Source: an uncultured bacterium
GTDB taxonomy: Bacteria; Actinomycetota; Acidimicrobiia; Spongiisociales; ZC4RG35
NCBI GenBank assembly: GCA_963753285.1
Contig: CAVWBT010000003.1
Location: 225,039 to 289,038, forward strand
Length of the DNA: 64,000 bases
Direction of reading: 5' to 3'
Shown: positions 9,863 through 18,980 of the stretch, piece after piece
Layout: every line of letters starts with the position of its first letter
Numbering within the stretch: position 1 is the first letter of the stretch
Translations under genes and position numbers: made by a program
Notes under the pieces: model-generated
Databases searched by the model: none
What the model was told of the DNA's origin: nothing
Seen by the model: only the letters and a program-made list of their open reading frames with translations

Positions 9863-10546
9863 TCAGTCGACCCGATCCACCTTGTCCTCGTCCCAATAGT
9901 CGAGGCGATCGAGCGGCATGACGACGGCGGTCATCACGTTCATGAGGTGCGCCGTGATCCGCTTGAGGTACCGGTTCAGCAGCGCTCTCGGGACAGCCGG
10001 CCCGGCAGACGAACCCTCACGCACGAGGGTCGAGACCTCGTCGTCGAAGTCCGACGTCCACTCGTCCATCTGGGTCAGCCTGGCAGTTGCCTGCTCGGCA
10101 TTCCGCTCGGAGAAGATGACCGCCGTCTCGTTGATGAGGTCCTGAGTGCGCGCGAACCGATCTGCCCACATCGCCTCGTCGGGTGTTCCTTTCAACATGA
10201 ACCCGTCGGTGGTCAGATCCCAGATGTTCTTCGAATAGTCACCGACTCGTTCGATGTCCTTGATGATCGACATGTACACCAGCATGAGCGGGTAGTCGGC
10301 CGCACCGGCCACACCGGCGTGGATGATCAGTTCCCTGCGGATCGAACGCTCGCCCTTGTTGACCTGTCGGTCCGACTTGCGGAGATCCTTCCCGATCTCG
10401 GCGGGATCGACCCGCCCGAAGACGGCATCGGTGGCGAGACCGAAGGTCGTGTTGTTGTCGGCGAGCATCTCCTTCACGCTCTGTTCGATTCTCTCGAGAG
10501 AACCCTCCGAGCTTGACCTGAAGAAATCGAGCACCATGTGACTCAC
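9863..10546 (-). CDS. DUF47/PhoU-like phosphate-transport regulator (YkaA-type)
   Basis: 227-aa helical protein paired with a Na/Pi cotransporter gene immediately upstream on the same strand (8-bp gap). Confidence 0.75.
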   Translation of the reverse strand: MSHMVLDFFRSSSEGSLERIEQSVKEMLADNNTTFGLATDAVFGRVDPAEIGKDLRKSDRQVNKGERSIRRELIIHAGVAGAADYPLMLVYMSIIKDIERVGDYSKNIWDLTTDGFMLKGTPDEAMWADRFARTQDLINETAVIFSERNAEQATARLTQMDEWTSDFDDEVSTLVREGSSAGPAVPRALLNRYLKRITAHLMNVMTAVVMPLDRLDYWDEDKVDRVD

Positions 10547-10553
10547 CTCACCT

Positions 10554-11705
10554 CTAGAAGATCACGATACCGAGAATCGGCACGACAACGAACAGGCCGA
10601 CCACGTATGCCACGACGAGTTGCTTCCGCTCGGCCGCCACGGCTGCCAGCTTCGTGGCGAGGATGATCGGGACGGCGCGCAATCGCGGGATCGGGTAGAA
10701 CAGCAGGATTCCCGAGATGTTGAAGAGCGTGTGGACGAGCGCGATGGTCAACGCCTCGGGCCGATCGGCTGCCACGGACGCAAGCAGCGCAGTGACCGTC
10801 GTGCCGACGTTCGCTCCGAGCGTGACGGGGTATGCGTTCTCGAGCGAGAGCACTCCGGCGGCCACCAGCGGGATGAGCACGGAGGTCGTGATCGACGAGC
10901 TCTGAACGGCGATGGTGATGATGAGCCCGATGAACATCGCCCCGATCCCCGCCCCCTTGCTGAGGACTGCGTTGAGCGACCGTTCGATCCTGCCTTCCAT
11001 GACTGCTCGCATGTTCTTCGTGATCATCGCCAGCGCGAGGAAGATCAGCGCGAGCCCGGCGACGAGCAGCGCAACACCGAGCACGGTGGACGAGTCCGTG
11101 AGACTCTCGACGCCGCTCTCGAACCACGACACCGGCACCTTGATGGCGTCTTTGATCGGACTCCCCTCAGGCGCAACCCCGGCCAGCGACGTCTGCCCGG
11201 CGAGCACGTCGGTCAGCGCAGTGGCCGCCGAGGAAAGGAAGCCGGTCAGGAGCTCGAGAGGCAGGAAGACGATCACCGCCAAGAGGTTGAAGAAGTCATG
11301 AACGGTCGCTCCGGCAAAGGCACGGCGGAACTCGGCGCCACGCCTGACATGCCCGAGCGAGGCGAGCGTGTTGGTGACGGTGGTGCCGATGTTGGCTCCC
11401 ATGATCATCGGGACGGCTGCGCCGACCGTCAACGCCCCCGAGCCGACCAACCCGACGATGGTCGCCGTCGAGACGGAGGACGACTGCACGAGCACGGTGG
11501 CGAGTATCCCGGCGAACAGGCCGGCAATCGGGGACGAGACCGTATCGAAGAGTCGATCGGCGAAGTCGGCGCCGAAGGCCTTGATGCCAGACTCGAGTCC
11601 CTTGACACCGACCAGGAAGATGAACAAGAGCCCCAACACGAGCACAACGCGGAGCCAGGTCCTGGGCTGTCTCGTCGTTACCGGAGGCGCGGCTGGAGTG
11701 GTCAC
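10554..11705 (-). CDS. Na+/phosphate cotransporter family protein (NptA-like)
   Basis: Duplicated Na/Pi-cotransporter repeats (SSSVSTATIVGLVGSG..., QSSSITTSVLIPLVAAG); the true start is uncertain (ORF runs to 11750, but a PHO-like repeat overlaps the 5' end, so a downstream GTG near 11705 is proposed). Confidence 0.78.
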   Translation of the reverse strand: MTTPAAPPVTTRQPRTWLRVVLVLGLLFIFLVGVKGLESGIKAFGADFADRLFDTVSSPIAGLFAGILATVLVQSSSVSTATIVGLVGSGALTVGAAVPMIMGANIGTTVTNTLASLGHVRRGAEFRRAFAGATVHDFFNLLAVIVFLPLELLTGFLSSAATALTDVLAGQTSLAGVAPEGSPIKDAIKVPVSWFESGVESLTDSSTVLGVALLVAGLALIFLALAMITKNMRAVMEGRIERSLNAVLSKGAGIGAMFIGLIITIAVQSSSITTSVLIPLVAAGVLSLENAYPVTLGANVGTTVTALLASVAADRPEALTIALVHTLFNISGILLFYPIPRLRAVPIILATKLAAVAAERKQLVVAYVVGLFVVVPILGIVIF

Positions 11706-11712
11706 GGCGCCG

Positions 11713-11745
11713 GGAAGGTAACAAGCCGGTGAACGGCAGGCGAAC
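11713..11745 (-). promoter_or_regulatory. Possible PHO box (GTTCGCCTGCC / GTTCACCGGCT / TGTTACCTTCC, 11-nt phased units) upstream of the Na/Pi cotransporter gene
   Basis: Two good and one weak GTTCRC unit at 11-nt spacing. Confidence 0.4.
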
Positions 11746-11845
11746 GCCATTGGTCCTTTTCTCGCCGCCGAAAGCCGGAAAACCCGACGTCCGGCCGGTG
11801 TCGGGTCAGCCCGAAGGCGCGCCGCCGGCCGCCGATGTGGAGGGC

Positions 11846-13894
11846 TCAGGCCTCTCGCGCCGCGCGAGCCTCTGCCAGCGCGCGGAGGGTGATGTGGGAG
11901 TCGACTCCGATCTCGCTGGGGACCTTCTTCCAGTCGATCCCGGGGCCGAGCTTCCAGGCGAGTGAATCGTCGGCCAGGAGCACCTCGAGGATCTCGTCGA
12001 TGCGGAACTGGAGGTCGGGATCCTCGACGGGGGTGATGGCCTCGACCCGACGGTCGAGGTTGCGGGGCATCAGATCGGCCGAGCCGATCAGGTACGTGCG
12101 TTCTCGACCCCGGGCTCCGAACCGGAAGACACGAGAATGCTCCAGGTAGCGCCCGACGATCGACCGCACGGTGATGTTGTCACTCATCCCGGGGATCCCC
12201 GGGATGAGACAGCAGATCCCTCGAACGATCAGGTCGACCCGGCAGCCGGCCTCCGAGGCTGCGTAGAGCTCTTCGATCAGCCGCTCGTCGACCAGCGAGT
12301 TCATCTTCAAGGTGATGAGCCCGTCGCTGCCGCGTGCGGCCTCGTCACGGATCATTTGGGTGATCCGCGACCGGAACGAGTTCGGCGAGACCAGCAGCTT
12401 CCGGTAGGTGGTCTGCTGGCTGTAGCCGGTCAGGTAGTTGAACAGGTCCGACAGATCGGCGCCGATCGCGGGGTCGGCGGTCAGCAGCCCGAGGTCCTCG
12501 TAGATTCGGGCGGTGGCGTCGTTGTAGTTGCCCGTGCCGATGTGGGCGTAGCGCCGGATGCCCGCCTCCCCGTCGTCACGGACCACCAGCGCGATCTTCG
12601 TGTGCGTCTTCAGGCCGATCACGCCGTAGACGACGTGGACGCCCTCGTCTTCGAGGCGCTGGGCGAACTCGATGTTCCGCTCCTCGTCGAATCTCGCCTT
12701 CAACTCCACGAGCACGACGACCTGCTTGCCCTCCTTCGCGGCGTACATCAGCGATTGGATGATCGGGGAGTTCGCCGAGGTGCGATAGAGCGTCTGTTTG
12801 ATCGCGAGCACGTTCGGATCGTGAGCCGCCTGGTCGATGAACGCTGCAACCGACGAGGTGAAGGAGTCGTACGGATGATGGACCAGCAGGTCGCCTTCGC
12901 GGATCGCGTCGAAGATCCTCGCCGGTCCCTCGGCCGTGGGGGCAAGGCGCGGCTGGGTCACCCACGACCAGCGATCGTGCAGGAGATCCGGCCGCTCCAT
13001 CTCGGTGAGCACCCCCAGCCCGGACATGTCGAGCGGACCGTCGACGACGAGCACCTCGTTCCTCGTGAGGCTCATCTCCCGGATCAGCAGATCGAGCACG
13101 TCGTCGGTCATGGTCGGAGCGACTTCGAGCCGGACGACCCGGCCGAACCCGCGCCGTGTCAGCTCCGATTCGATCGCTGCGAGGAGATCGTCGCCCTCCT
13201 CTTCCTCGATCTCGAGATCGGCGTTGCGGGTAACCCGGAAGACGTGGTGCGCAACCACTTCCATGCCGGGAAACAGCATGTCGAGGTGGGAGGCGATGAC
13301 CTGTTCGAGTGGCACATAGCGCTCGCCGTCGGGGAGCACGACGAAGCGGGACAGGATCGGCGGGACCTTCACGCGGGCGAATCGGGTGACGCCGGTGTCG
13401 GTATTGCGAACGAGCACCGCCAGGTTCATCGAGAGGTTCGAGATGTATGGAAAGGGGTGGGCGGGGTCGACCGCGAGCGGTGTGACGACGGGGAACACCC
13501 GCTCACGGAAGATGTCGTCGAGGTAACTGCGGTCCTCGTCGTCGAGGTTGTCGTAATCGTCGAGGGCGATCCCGGCGGATGCCAGTGCGGGGGCGACGTC
13601 TTCACGGAACGTTCGATGGGCGCGTGCGTACTGGCGCGCCGTCTCCTCGCGGATCAGCAGCAACTGTTCGGTCGGCTCGAGACCATCGGGTGAGTTGCCG
13701 TGCGCTCCGTACGCTTCGAGCTCCATCAGCCCGGCGACGCGCACCATGTAGAACTCGTCGAGATTCGAGGCCCAGATCGAGAGGAATCGAGCACGCTCCA
13801 GCAGTGGCAGATTCGGGTCCTCGGCCAACGCCAGGACACGGCTGTTGAAGTCGAGCCAGGACAGCTCCCTGTTGCGATATCGATCGGTCCCCAT
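11846..13894 (-). CDS. ppk: Polyphosphate kinase 1
   Basis: 682-aa ORF with PPK N-domain (NRELSWLDFNSRVL), the catalytic His region and two PLD-like C-terminal domains; CATAAT hexamer 8 nt upstream of the ATG. Confidence 0.95.
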   Translation of the reverse strand: MGTDRYRNRELSWLDFNSRVLALAEDPNLPLLERARFLSIWASNLDEFYMVRVAGLMELEAYGAHGNSPDGLEPTEQLLLIREETARQYARAHRTFREDVAPALASAGIALDDYDNLDDEDRSYLDDIFRERVFPVVTPLAVDPAHPFPYISNLSMNLAVLVRNTDTGVTRFARVKVPPILSRFVVLPDGERYVPLEQVIASHLDMLFPGMEVVAHHVFRVTRNADLEIEEEEGDDLLAAIESELTRRGFGRVVRLEVAPTMTDDVLDLLIREMSLTRNEVLVVDGPLDMSGLGVLTEMERPDLLHDRWSWVTQPRLAPTAEGPARIFDAIREGDLLVHHPYDSFTSSVAAFIDQAAHDPNVLAIKQTLYRTSANSPIIQSLMYAAKEGKQVVVLVELKARFDEERNIEFAQRLEDEGVHVVYGVIGLKTHTKIALVVRDDGEAGIRRYAHIGTGNYNDATARIYEDLGLLTADPAIGADLSDLFNYLTGYSQQTTYRKLLVSPNSFRSRITQMIRDEAARGSDGLITLKMNSLVDERLIEELYAASEAGCRVDLIVRGICCLIPGIPGMSDNITVRSIVGRYLEHSRVFRFGARGRERTYLIGSADLMPRNLDRRVEAITPVEDPDLQFRIDEILEVLLADDSLAWKLGPGIDWKKVPSEIGVDSHITLRALAEARAAREA

Positions 13895-13912
13895 TGCCTG
13901 GGATTATGGCAG

Positions 13913-14283
13913 GGAGGGCTCGCTCGCTGCGCTTCGCGGCGTGTCATCGCCTTCGGCGGCGTGTCTTCCGGCCTATGGGGCCGGAGCGTGTCTTCAAGCC
14001 TGGCGGCTTGAGCGTGTCTTCGCCTTCGGCGGCGTGTCCGCGACCTCATGTCGACAGCGCGCCATGAGGCGGATCGAACGACGCGTCGACTCTGAGCGCA
14101 TCGCAATGCTCGAAGCGACGCAGGTCGCGGAGAAGCTCACGAAGTGAAGATACGCTCACGGAGTGAAGAAACGCTCTGCGGAGGCCCCCTGGGGCCGGAG
14201 CAGAAGAGACGCTCCGAGCCACTGGCGAGGAAGACACGCTGCCAAGCGAAGCGAGCTCAGCGAGCGAGCTCAGCGAGCGAGGC
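13913..14283. repeat. 371-bp structured intergenic element with two degenerate inverted arms carrying multiple GCGTGTCTTC-like decamers in opposite orientation
   Basis: Left arm 13913-14040 has about five forward decamers (GCGTGTCTTC, GCGTGTCATC, GCGTGTCCGC); right arm 14141-14283 has four reverse-oriented degenerate copies (GAAGACACGC, GAAGATACGC, GAAGAAACGC, GAAGAGACGC). Each arm carries a CCGGCC-N5-GGCCGG mini-palindrome; termini are GGGCTCGCTCGCTG and CAGCGAGCGAGGCC (13 of 14 complementary). The centre is the palindrome CCTCATG-N12-CATGAGG. Confidence 0.5.
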
Positions 14284-14881
14284 CACCGAGCAGGAAGCGC
14301 TCGAGTTCGGCGGCGACCTCGGGGTAACGGGCTTCGGGGCTCTCGGCGCTGATCAGGATCCGGGCGGCCGACATGATCGTGTCCTGCATGAACCGGCCGG
14401 CGATGTCGACGGCCATCGGACGCAGCTCGCCTCGTTCCACGGACACTCGATAGGCGCCGACCATGTCCATGGCGAGCTCGGAGTGTGCTGCGCGGATCCG
14501 CTCCTGGGCCTCCGACGACAGCCGGGGCAGCTCGCGGTGGAGGATCAAGCCCATCACCGGATCGGAGACGACGAAGTGCACAGTCGACTTCGCGAGCTCC
14601 ACGAGGCGCTCCGTTCCCTCCGTGGAATCAAGGCGTGCGATCAAGTCATCCACGACCCCGGGCAACCGATCCTCGACCAACGAGGCGATGAGGTCGTCTT
14701 TGTCTCGGAAGTACTCGTACAGCGTTGTCCGACCGATGCCTGCCTCGTGAGCGACCTCGCCGAGTGAGATGTCGGCCGACCCGATCTCCTCGAGCAGACT
14801 GTGGGTCGACTCGAGGATCTCTCGACGCGTCTTGAGCTTGTGCGCCTCGATGTTCTCGGCTCGAATCCTCGGCATATCCAC
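14270..14881 (-). CDS. TetR/AcrR-family transcriptional regulator
   Basis: N-terminal HTH (ILESTHSLLEEIGSADISLGEVAHEAGIGRTTLYEYFRDKDDL); the last codons overlap the right terminus of the inverted-repeat element. Confidence 0.85.
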   Translation of the reverse strand: MDMPRIRAENIEAHKLKTRREILESTHSLLEEIGSADISLGEVAHEAGIGRTTLYEYFRDKDDLIASLVEDRLPGVVDDLIARLDSTEGTERLVELAKSTVHFVVSDPVMGLILHRELPRLSSEAQERIRAAHSELAMDMVGAYRVSVERGELRPMAVDIAGRFMQDTIMSAARILISAESPEARYPEVAAELERFLLGGLAR

Positions 14882-14925
14882 AGGGTAACCCAGGTCGGGC
14901 TCCTAGGCCCCGGTGACGTCCGCAA

Positions 14926-15609
14926 TCAGAACCCGCTCGGTTGGGGCTCCCATTCGGACTTCGGGGCGTTGGACTCGAACTGCTCGACCGTGGGGCCGCC
15001 CAGGGCGAGCAGGCGGTTCCGACCGACGATGAAGGTCGCTATCAGCAACGCGATGGTCCCGGGCCAGCCGGTGGCCGCCCGGACGAAGCCGAGCGCGGTC
15101 GTCTGATCCGTCAGGAACAGCCAGATCTGCACTCCGGTCCGCACGGCGAAGAACCCCGCCCACAGCCAGGTGACCCGGGCGTAGGCGGGCCGGACCGTCG
15201 GTTGCCAGTACCAGTCGAGGGGCCATTGCCTCGTCACCCAGCTCATGTAGGCGACCATCGGGCGCCGAACGGCGATCGAGATAACGGCGATCGCCGTCGT
15301 TGCGACGCCGGAGATGATCCCGGGGAGGAAGTAGTCCTGGGCGTCGCCGGAACGAAGTGCCAGGGCGATCGCCAACCCAGTACCGAACAGCCCCGACACG
15401 GCGTAGCGAAGGTCGTTGCGCCGGGCGAGCCTGACGAGGACGACCGCCACCGCGACGCCCACTCCCGCATAGGCGGCGGCCGGCATCCCGGCGATGGCGT
15501 TGGCCAGAACGAAGACGATCGGAGCGACGATTCCGTCGACGATGCCGGCGCGCCCTTCCAGCAGGGAGCGCAGTTCGTCCTGGATCTCTCGTAGAGTCGT
15601 GTCTCCCAT
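14926..15609 (-). CDS. Hypothetical integral membrane protein
   Basis: Five to six hydrophobic helices; start taken at MGDTTLRE (the ORF extends to 16020, but the 5' part is low-complexity and overlaps the divergent fabH promoter region). Confidence 0.55.
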   Translation of the reverse strand: MGDTTLREIQDELRSLLEGRAGIVDGIVAPIVFVLANAIAGMPAAAYAGVGVAVAVVLVRLARRNDLRYAVSGLFGTGLAIALALRSGDAQDYFLPGIISGVATTAIAVISIAVRRPMVAYMSWVTRQWPLDWYWQPTVRPAYARVTWLWAGFFAVRTGVQIWLFLTDQTTALGFVRAATGWPGTIALLIATFIVGRNRLLALGGPTVEQFESNAPKSEWEPQPSGF

Positions 15610-15652
15610 CGGCGGGATCCTATGGGTGGCGGAGTGAAACCGGTAGAAGGAA

Positions 15653-16720
15653 ATGAGGATGCCGGCGGTGATCATCGGGACCGGGGTAGCGGTCCCACCG
15701 AACAAGGTGACGAACCACGACCTGGCGAAGATCATGGACACGTCCGACGAATGGATCCGTTCACGCTCCGGTGTCGTCTCCCGCCGCTTCGTCGACCCGG
15801 GGATCGGGACGTCGGATCTCGCCACGGAGGCGGGGACCGCAGCGCTGGCATCCGCGGGTCTCGGGCCAGATGACGTCGATGCCCTCATCACGGCGACCAT
15901 GACACCGGACCTCACCAATCCTGGCATCGCCGGGCTGGTACAGAACAAGATGGGTCTCGGCCACATCCCGGTCTTCGACATTCGCCAGCAGTGCTCGGGT
16001 TTCCTGTACGCCCTGGACATGGCCGACGCGTTGATCGGTTCGGGTAAGGCCGAGACGGTGGCGGTGATCGGCGCCGAGGTGCACGCCGGCTATCTCCCCT
16101 GGGGTGCCACCTGGGACATCGTCTTGGGCAAGACGGATCGCGAGCCGACACCCGAGGAGTACTCCCGCAACACCGAACACCGCGCTTGGAGCGTGCTCTT
16201 CGGAGATGGCGCAGGAGCGATGGTGTTGCAGCGATCGGACGCAGCCGATGTCGGCTTCCTCAGTTCCAGCCTCCACACCGACGGCGAGCATTTCGAGCTG
16301 ATCATCGTGCCTGGCCTGGGGTCGCTCCAGCGGCCGTTCGCCTCCGAAGCCCAGCTCCAGGCCGGCCTTCACATGCCCCGCATGGACGGAGGAGGGCTCT
16401 ACCGCCAGGCGGTGCGGCTCATGCCAGACTCGATCAAACTGGCGCTCGACGACGCCGGACTCGAAGTCGACGACCTGGGCGTCGTGATCGCCCACCAGGC
16501 CAACGAGCGCATCCTCGCAGGGGTCCGCAAGCAGCTCGGCGTCGACGAAGAGCTGGTGCCGTCCAACATCGACCATTGGGGCAACACCACCGCAGGGACC
16601 CTCCCGATCCTGTTCCACGAACTGTGGGAGCAGGGCCGGATGGAAGCCGGTTCGATCACCTGCTTCACCGCCTTCGGCGCCGGCGCCCACTGGGGCGCCA
16701 TGCTCTACCGCCATCCATGA
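15653..16720 (+). CDS. fabH: 3-oxoacyl-ACP synthase III (KAS III)
   Basis: Active-site Cys context (QQCSGFLYAL), the His/Asn-bearing C-terminal half, and N/C-terminal KAS III domains. Confidence 0.9.
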   Translation: MRMPAVIIGTGVAVPPNKVTNHDLAKIMDTSDEWIRSRSGVVSRRFVDPGIGTSDLATEAGTAALASAGLGPDDVDALITATMTPDLTNPGIAGLVQNKMGLGHIPVFDIRQQCSGFLYALDMADALIGSGKAETVAVIGAEVHAGYLPWGATWDIVLGKTDREPTPEEYSRNTEHRAWSVLFGDGAGAMVLQRSDAADVGFLSSSLHTDGEHFELIIVPGLGSLQRPFASEAQLQAGLHMPRMDGGGLYRQAVRLMPDSIKLALDDAGLEVDDLGVVIAHQANERILAGVRKQLGVDEELVPSNIDHWGNTTAGTLPILFHELWEQGRMEAGSITCFTAFGAGAHWGAMLYRHP

Positions 16721-16754
16721 GGAGTTCGATATCCAAGGGGTCGACGCTCCCGAA

Positions 16755-16976
16755 AGGAGTTCTTGTTGCGCAGCTCCCGAACCTGCGAGCGATCGGCCGA
16801 GCTCTGGTTGGGCGGAGTGACAAGAACGACGGAACGCACTTCAGAGCCTTGGCGCACGACCCGCAGGACGCGGCTCTGAGCCTCCAAAGCACCGATCCTC
16901 GATCTTCTTGTTGCAGGGCGCTCTCAAAGAAGCACGAGAACAACCGCCGCCCGTCCTCCGTCCCTGCGACAAGAAG
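16755..16976. terminator. Two hairpins in the convergent fabH / 17008-gene intergenic region: GGAGTTCTTGTTGCGCAGCTCCCGAACC...GGTTGGGCGGAGTGACAAGAACGACGG (16755-16833) and CTTCTTGTTGCAGGG...CCCTGCGACAAGAAG (16904-16976)
   Basis: Inverted repeats read directly; both use the TTCTTGT/ACAAGAA motif also seen at 123-174 and 27704-27756. Confidence 0.45.
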
Positions 16977-17007
16977 GCACGTCTACCAATCGAAGCGTGG
17001 GCCTGCG

Positions 17008-18150
17008 TCAGTCGAGCAGGTCCCATTCGACGCCGTCGGGGGTGTCACGGACCTCGACGCCCAACTCGACGAGTCGGTTGCGGATCACGTCCGACTCGTC
17101 GTAGCGCTTGGCTTCCCGGGCTTGCTTGCGCAGCTCGAGCATCGCCTCGACGTAACCACCGACCACCTCGCGGGGATCCTGCACGCCGGATCTGGCCGCC
17201 TCGCCGAGCTCGACGATCACCGACCGCAGGGCCGCACGATCACCTTCACCGATGAAGACCTCCCGTTCGACCTCCAGCGCCGCCTCGACAGCACCGTCGA
17301 TGTCACCGTCCTCGAGCGCAGCGGCGAATCCTGGTGCCGTGGGCGCCACGGCGTCCACCGATCCCGCGTATGCGCCTCCCAGGATCTCCGCCGCCTTCTC
17401 GAGTTCAATGGTGTCACCCGCCTCGAGAGTGACGAGATCCGTCCCCCGCAACACGGCGCTCGAGGCTCCGGACACCACGAGCGTGCCCCGACCGAAGTCG
17501 ATCGTCACCGCCGTGTGCTCATCGATCCCGAGGATTCCGTGTTCGAGTTCGGCTTCGAGCTTCGACAGCCTGCGCTCACCGATATAGCAGCGGCTGGTGT
17601 CGTGATTGCCCCCATCGGTGTTGTTCCAGTGGGGGACGACGGTCATCGGCAGCCCGAAGGCAGATGAGAGATCCAACCCATCAAGCCAATACGGGTCGGC
17701 ACCGGCCTTGTACATCTCGTACACGGGAATCGTCTTCAATCCCGCTGTGAGCGCAGCGGCCGATGCCATCACGATCGCCCCGCCGTTGGCGACCACCTCG
17801 CGCATGGCCGGAGCCATGCCGGCCGACTGCCAGATCCCCAGCGCGTAGGAGGGCGACCCGGGCCCGGCGAAGACGTACTTGGCCCGACGAACCGTTGCCA
17901 GCGTCCGCTCGGATGTGGCGGCTCCGGCATTGGACGTCCGCAGCGACGCCACCACGGTGGGCTTGCGGAGCGACACGTCGAAGAACTCGACGATCTTCTC
18001 GGTGAGCACGTCGACGTTCTCTTGAAATCCGAATGGCGTGTCGAGCAACACCACCTCGGAGGCGCCCACGGCCTCCAGTGTCTTGCGATGCGTGGAAACC
18101 ATGGTCGGTGCCAGCTCTCCCGAGCCCATGAGCACCAGTCGGCCCGCCAT
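17008..18150 (-). CDS. Two-domain protein: peptidase-S51/cyanophycinase-like N-terminal domain fused to a C-terminal domain resembling the CysRS/MshC C-terminal extension
   Basis: N-terminal LVLMGSGELAP...GGAIVMASAAAL (class-I glutamine amidotransferase-like fold features). The C-terminal approximately 120 aa ends ...RYDESDVIRNRLVELGVEVRDTPDGVEWDLLD, similar to the CysRS C-terminus (ARKAKDFAxADRIRDxLAALGIxLEDTPxGTxW). Confidence 0.55.
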   Translation of the reverse strand: MAGRLVLMGSGELAPTMVSTHRKTLEAVGASEVVLLDTPFGFQENVDVLTEKIVEFFDVSLRKPTVVASLRTSNAGAATSERTLATVRRAKYVFAGPGSPSYALGIWQSAGMAPAMREVVANGGAIVMASAAALTAGLKTIPVYEMYKAGADPYWLDGLDLSSAFGLPMTVVPHWNNTDGGNHDTSRCYIGERRLSKLEAELEHGILGIDEHTAVTIDFGRGTLVVSGASSAVLRGTDLVTLEAGDTIELEKAAEILGGAYAGSVDAVAPTAPGFAAALEDGDIDGAVEAALEVEREVFIGEGDRAALRSVIVELGEAARSGVQDPREVVGGYVEAMLELRKQAREAKRYDESDVIRNRLVELGVEVRDTPDGVEWDLLD

Positions 18151-18980
18151 CAGATGCCCCCAGCGAACGCCGACATGAGATCGGCGACCAACTCGGGGTG
18201 CTGGGCGTGGACGTCGTGATGCGCGTCCATCCAGGTGAGCCGGCCGTCGGCGAGGGCGGTCACGAAGGTGTCGACCCGCTCTTCCCGGCCCGGCTCCGAC
18301 CGGCCGACGGCCAGTACGAGAGCGGGAACCCCCACCTCACCGGCGGCCTCGTCGGGCCGGTGCTCCCACAGGTGACGGAGGATCCGCATGTGGTTGGAGC
18401 GAGAGAGGCGTGCTCGAACGTGACCGTCGACCGTCTCGAAGTTGGCGAGCTGGCCTGCGATCCCACTCTGGGGCCAATCGGCGAATCTCGTCTTCGACAT
18501 CGTCTCCATCTGCTCCATCGTGAACCCGGTGAAGTCCGGCGGCGCCAGGGCTGCCCGCGCGTCGGCCCAGACCGGGAAGGTGTCGGCCAACTGAATGAAC
18601 CCGCCGTCGACGCAGACGATTCCCGATACGAGGTCGGGATGGCGCCTGGCGAGCTCGACCACGACGTTGCCGCCCCACGATTGCCCGGCGACGACGGCCG
18701 GCCTCCCGAGCGCCTTCTCGATCACTGCGGCGAGGTCATCCGCCACGGTCTCGAAGTCGTATCCGTCGTCGGGTTTCGAAGATCTCCCGTGACCACGTTG
18801 GTCGACGGCGATGGAGGCGTGACCGAGCTCGGCGAGACGGTCACCGACACCGTCCCAGAGCCGGGCGTTCGAGGCGAGCCCGTGGACCAGTACGAACGCT
18901 CGCATGTCCGGTCGTGCATCCCTGGCGATCACCGACAGATCGACGCCGGGAGCGACGGTCACAGTCCGCTGCGTCACCAT
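18150..18980 (-). CDS. Alpha/beta-fold hydrolase
   Basis: HGxxSN motif VLVHGLASNARLW; nucleophile elbow GQSWGG; a C-terminal His is present. Confidence 0.8.
   Translation of the reverse strand: MVTQRTVTVAPGVDLSVIARDARPDMRAFVLVHGLASNARLWDGVGDRLAELGHASIAVDQRGHGRSSKPDDGYDFETVADDLAAVIEKALGRPAVVAGQSWGGNVVVELARRHPDLVSGIVCVDGGFIQLADTFPVWADARAALAPPDFTGFTMEQMETMSKTRFADWPQSGIAGQLANFETVDGHVRARLSRSNHMRILRHLWEHRPDEAAGEVGVPALVLAVGRSEPGREERVDTFVTALADGRLTWMDAHHDVHAQHPELVADLMSAFAGGI

Noticed and set aside
13913-14283. IS element / transposase
   Set aside because: The inverted-repeat element contains no ORF with protein-like composition. If mobile, it would be non-autonomous (MITE-like). It is reported as a repeat or structured region only.
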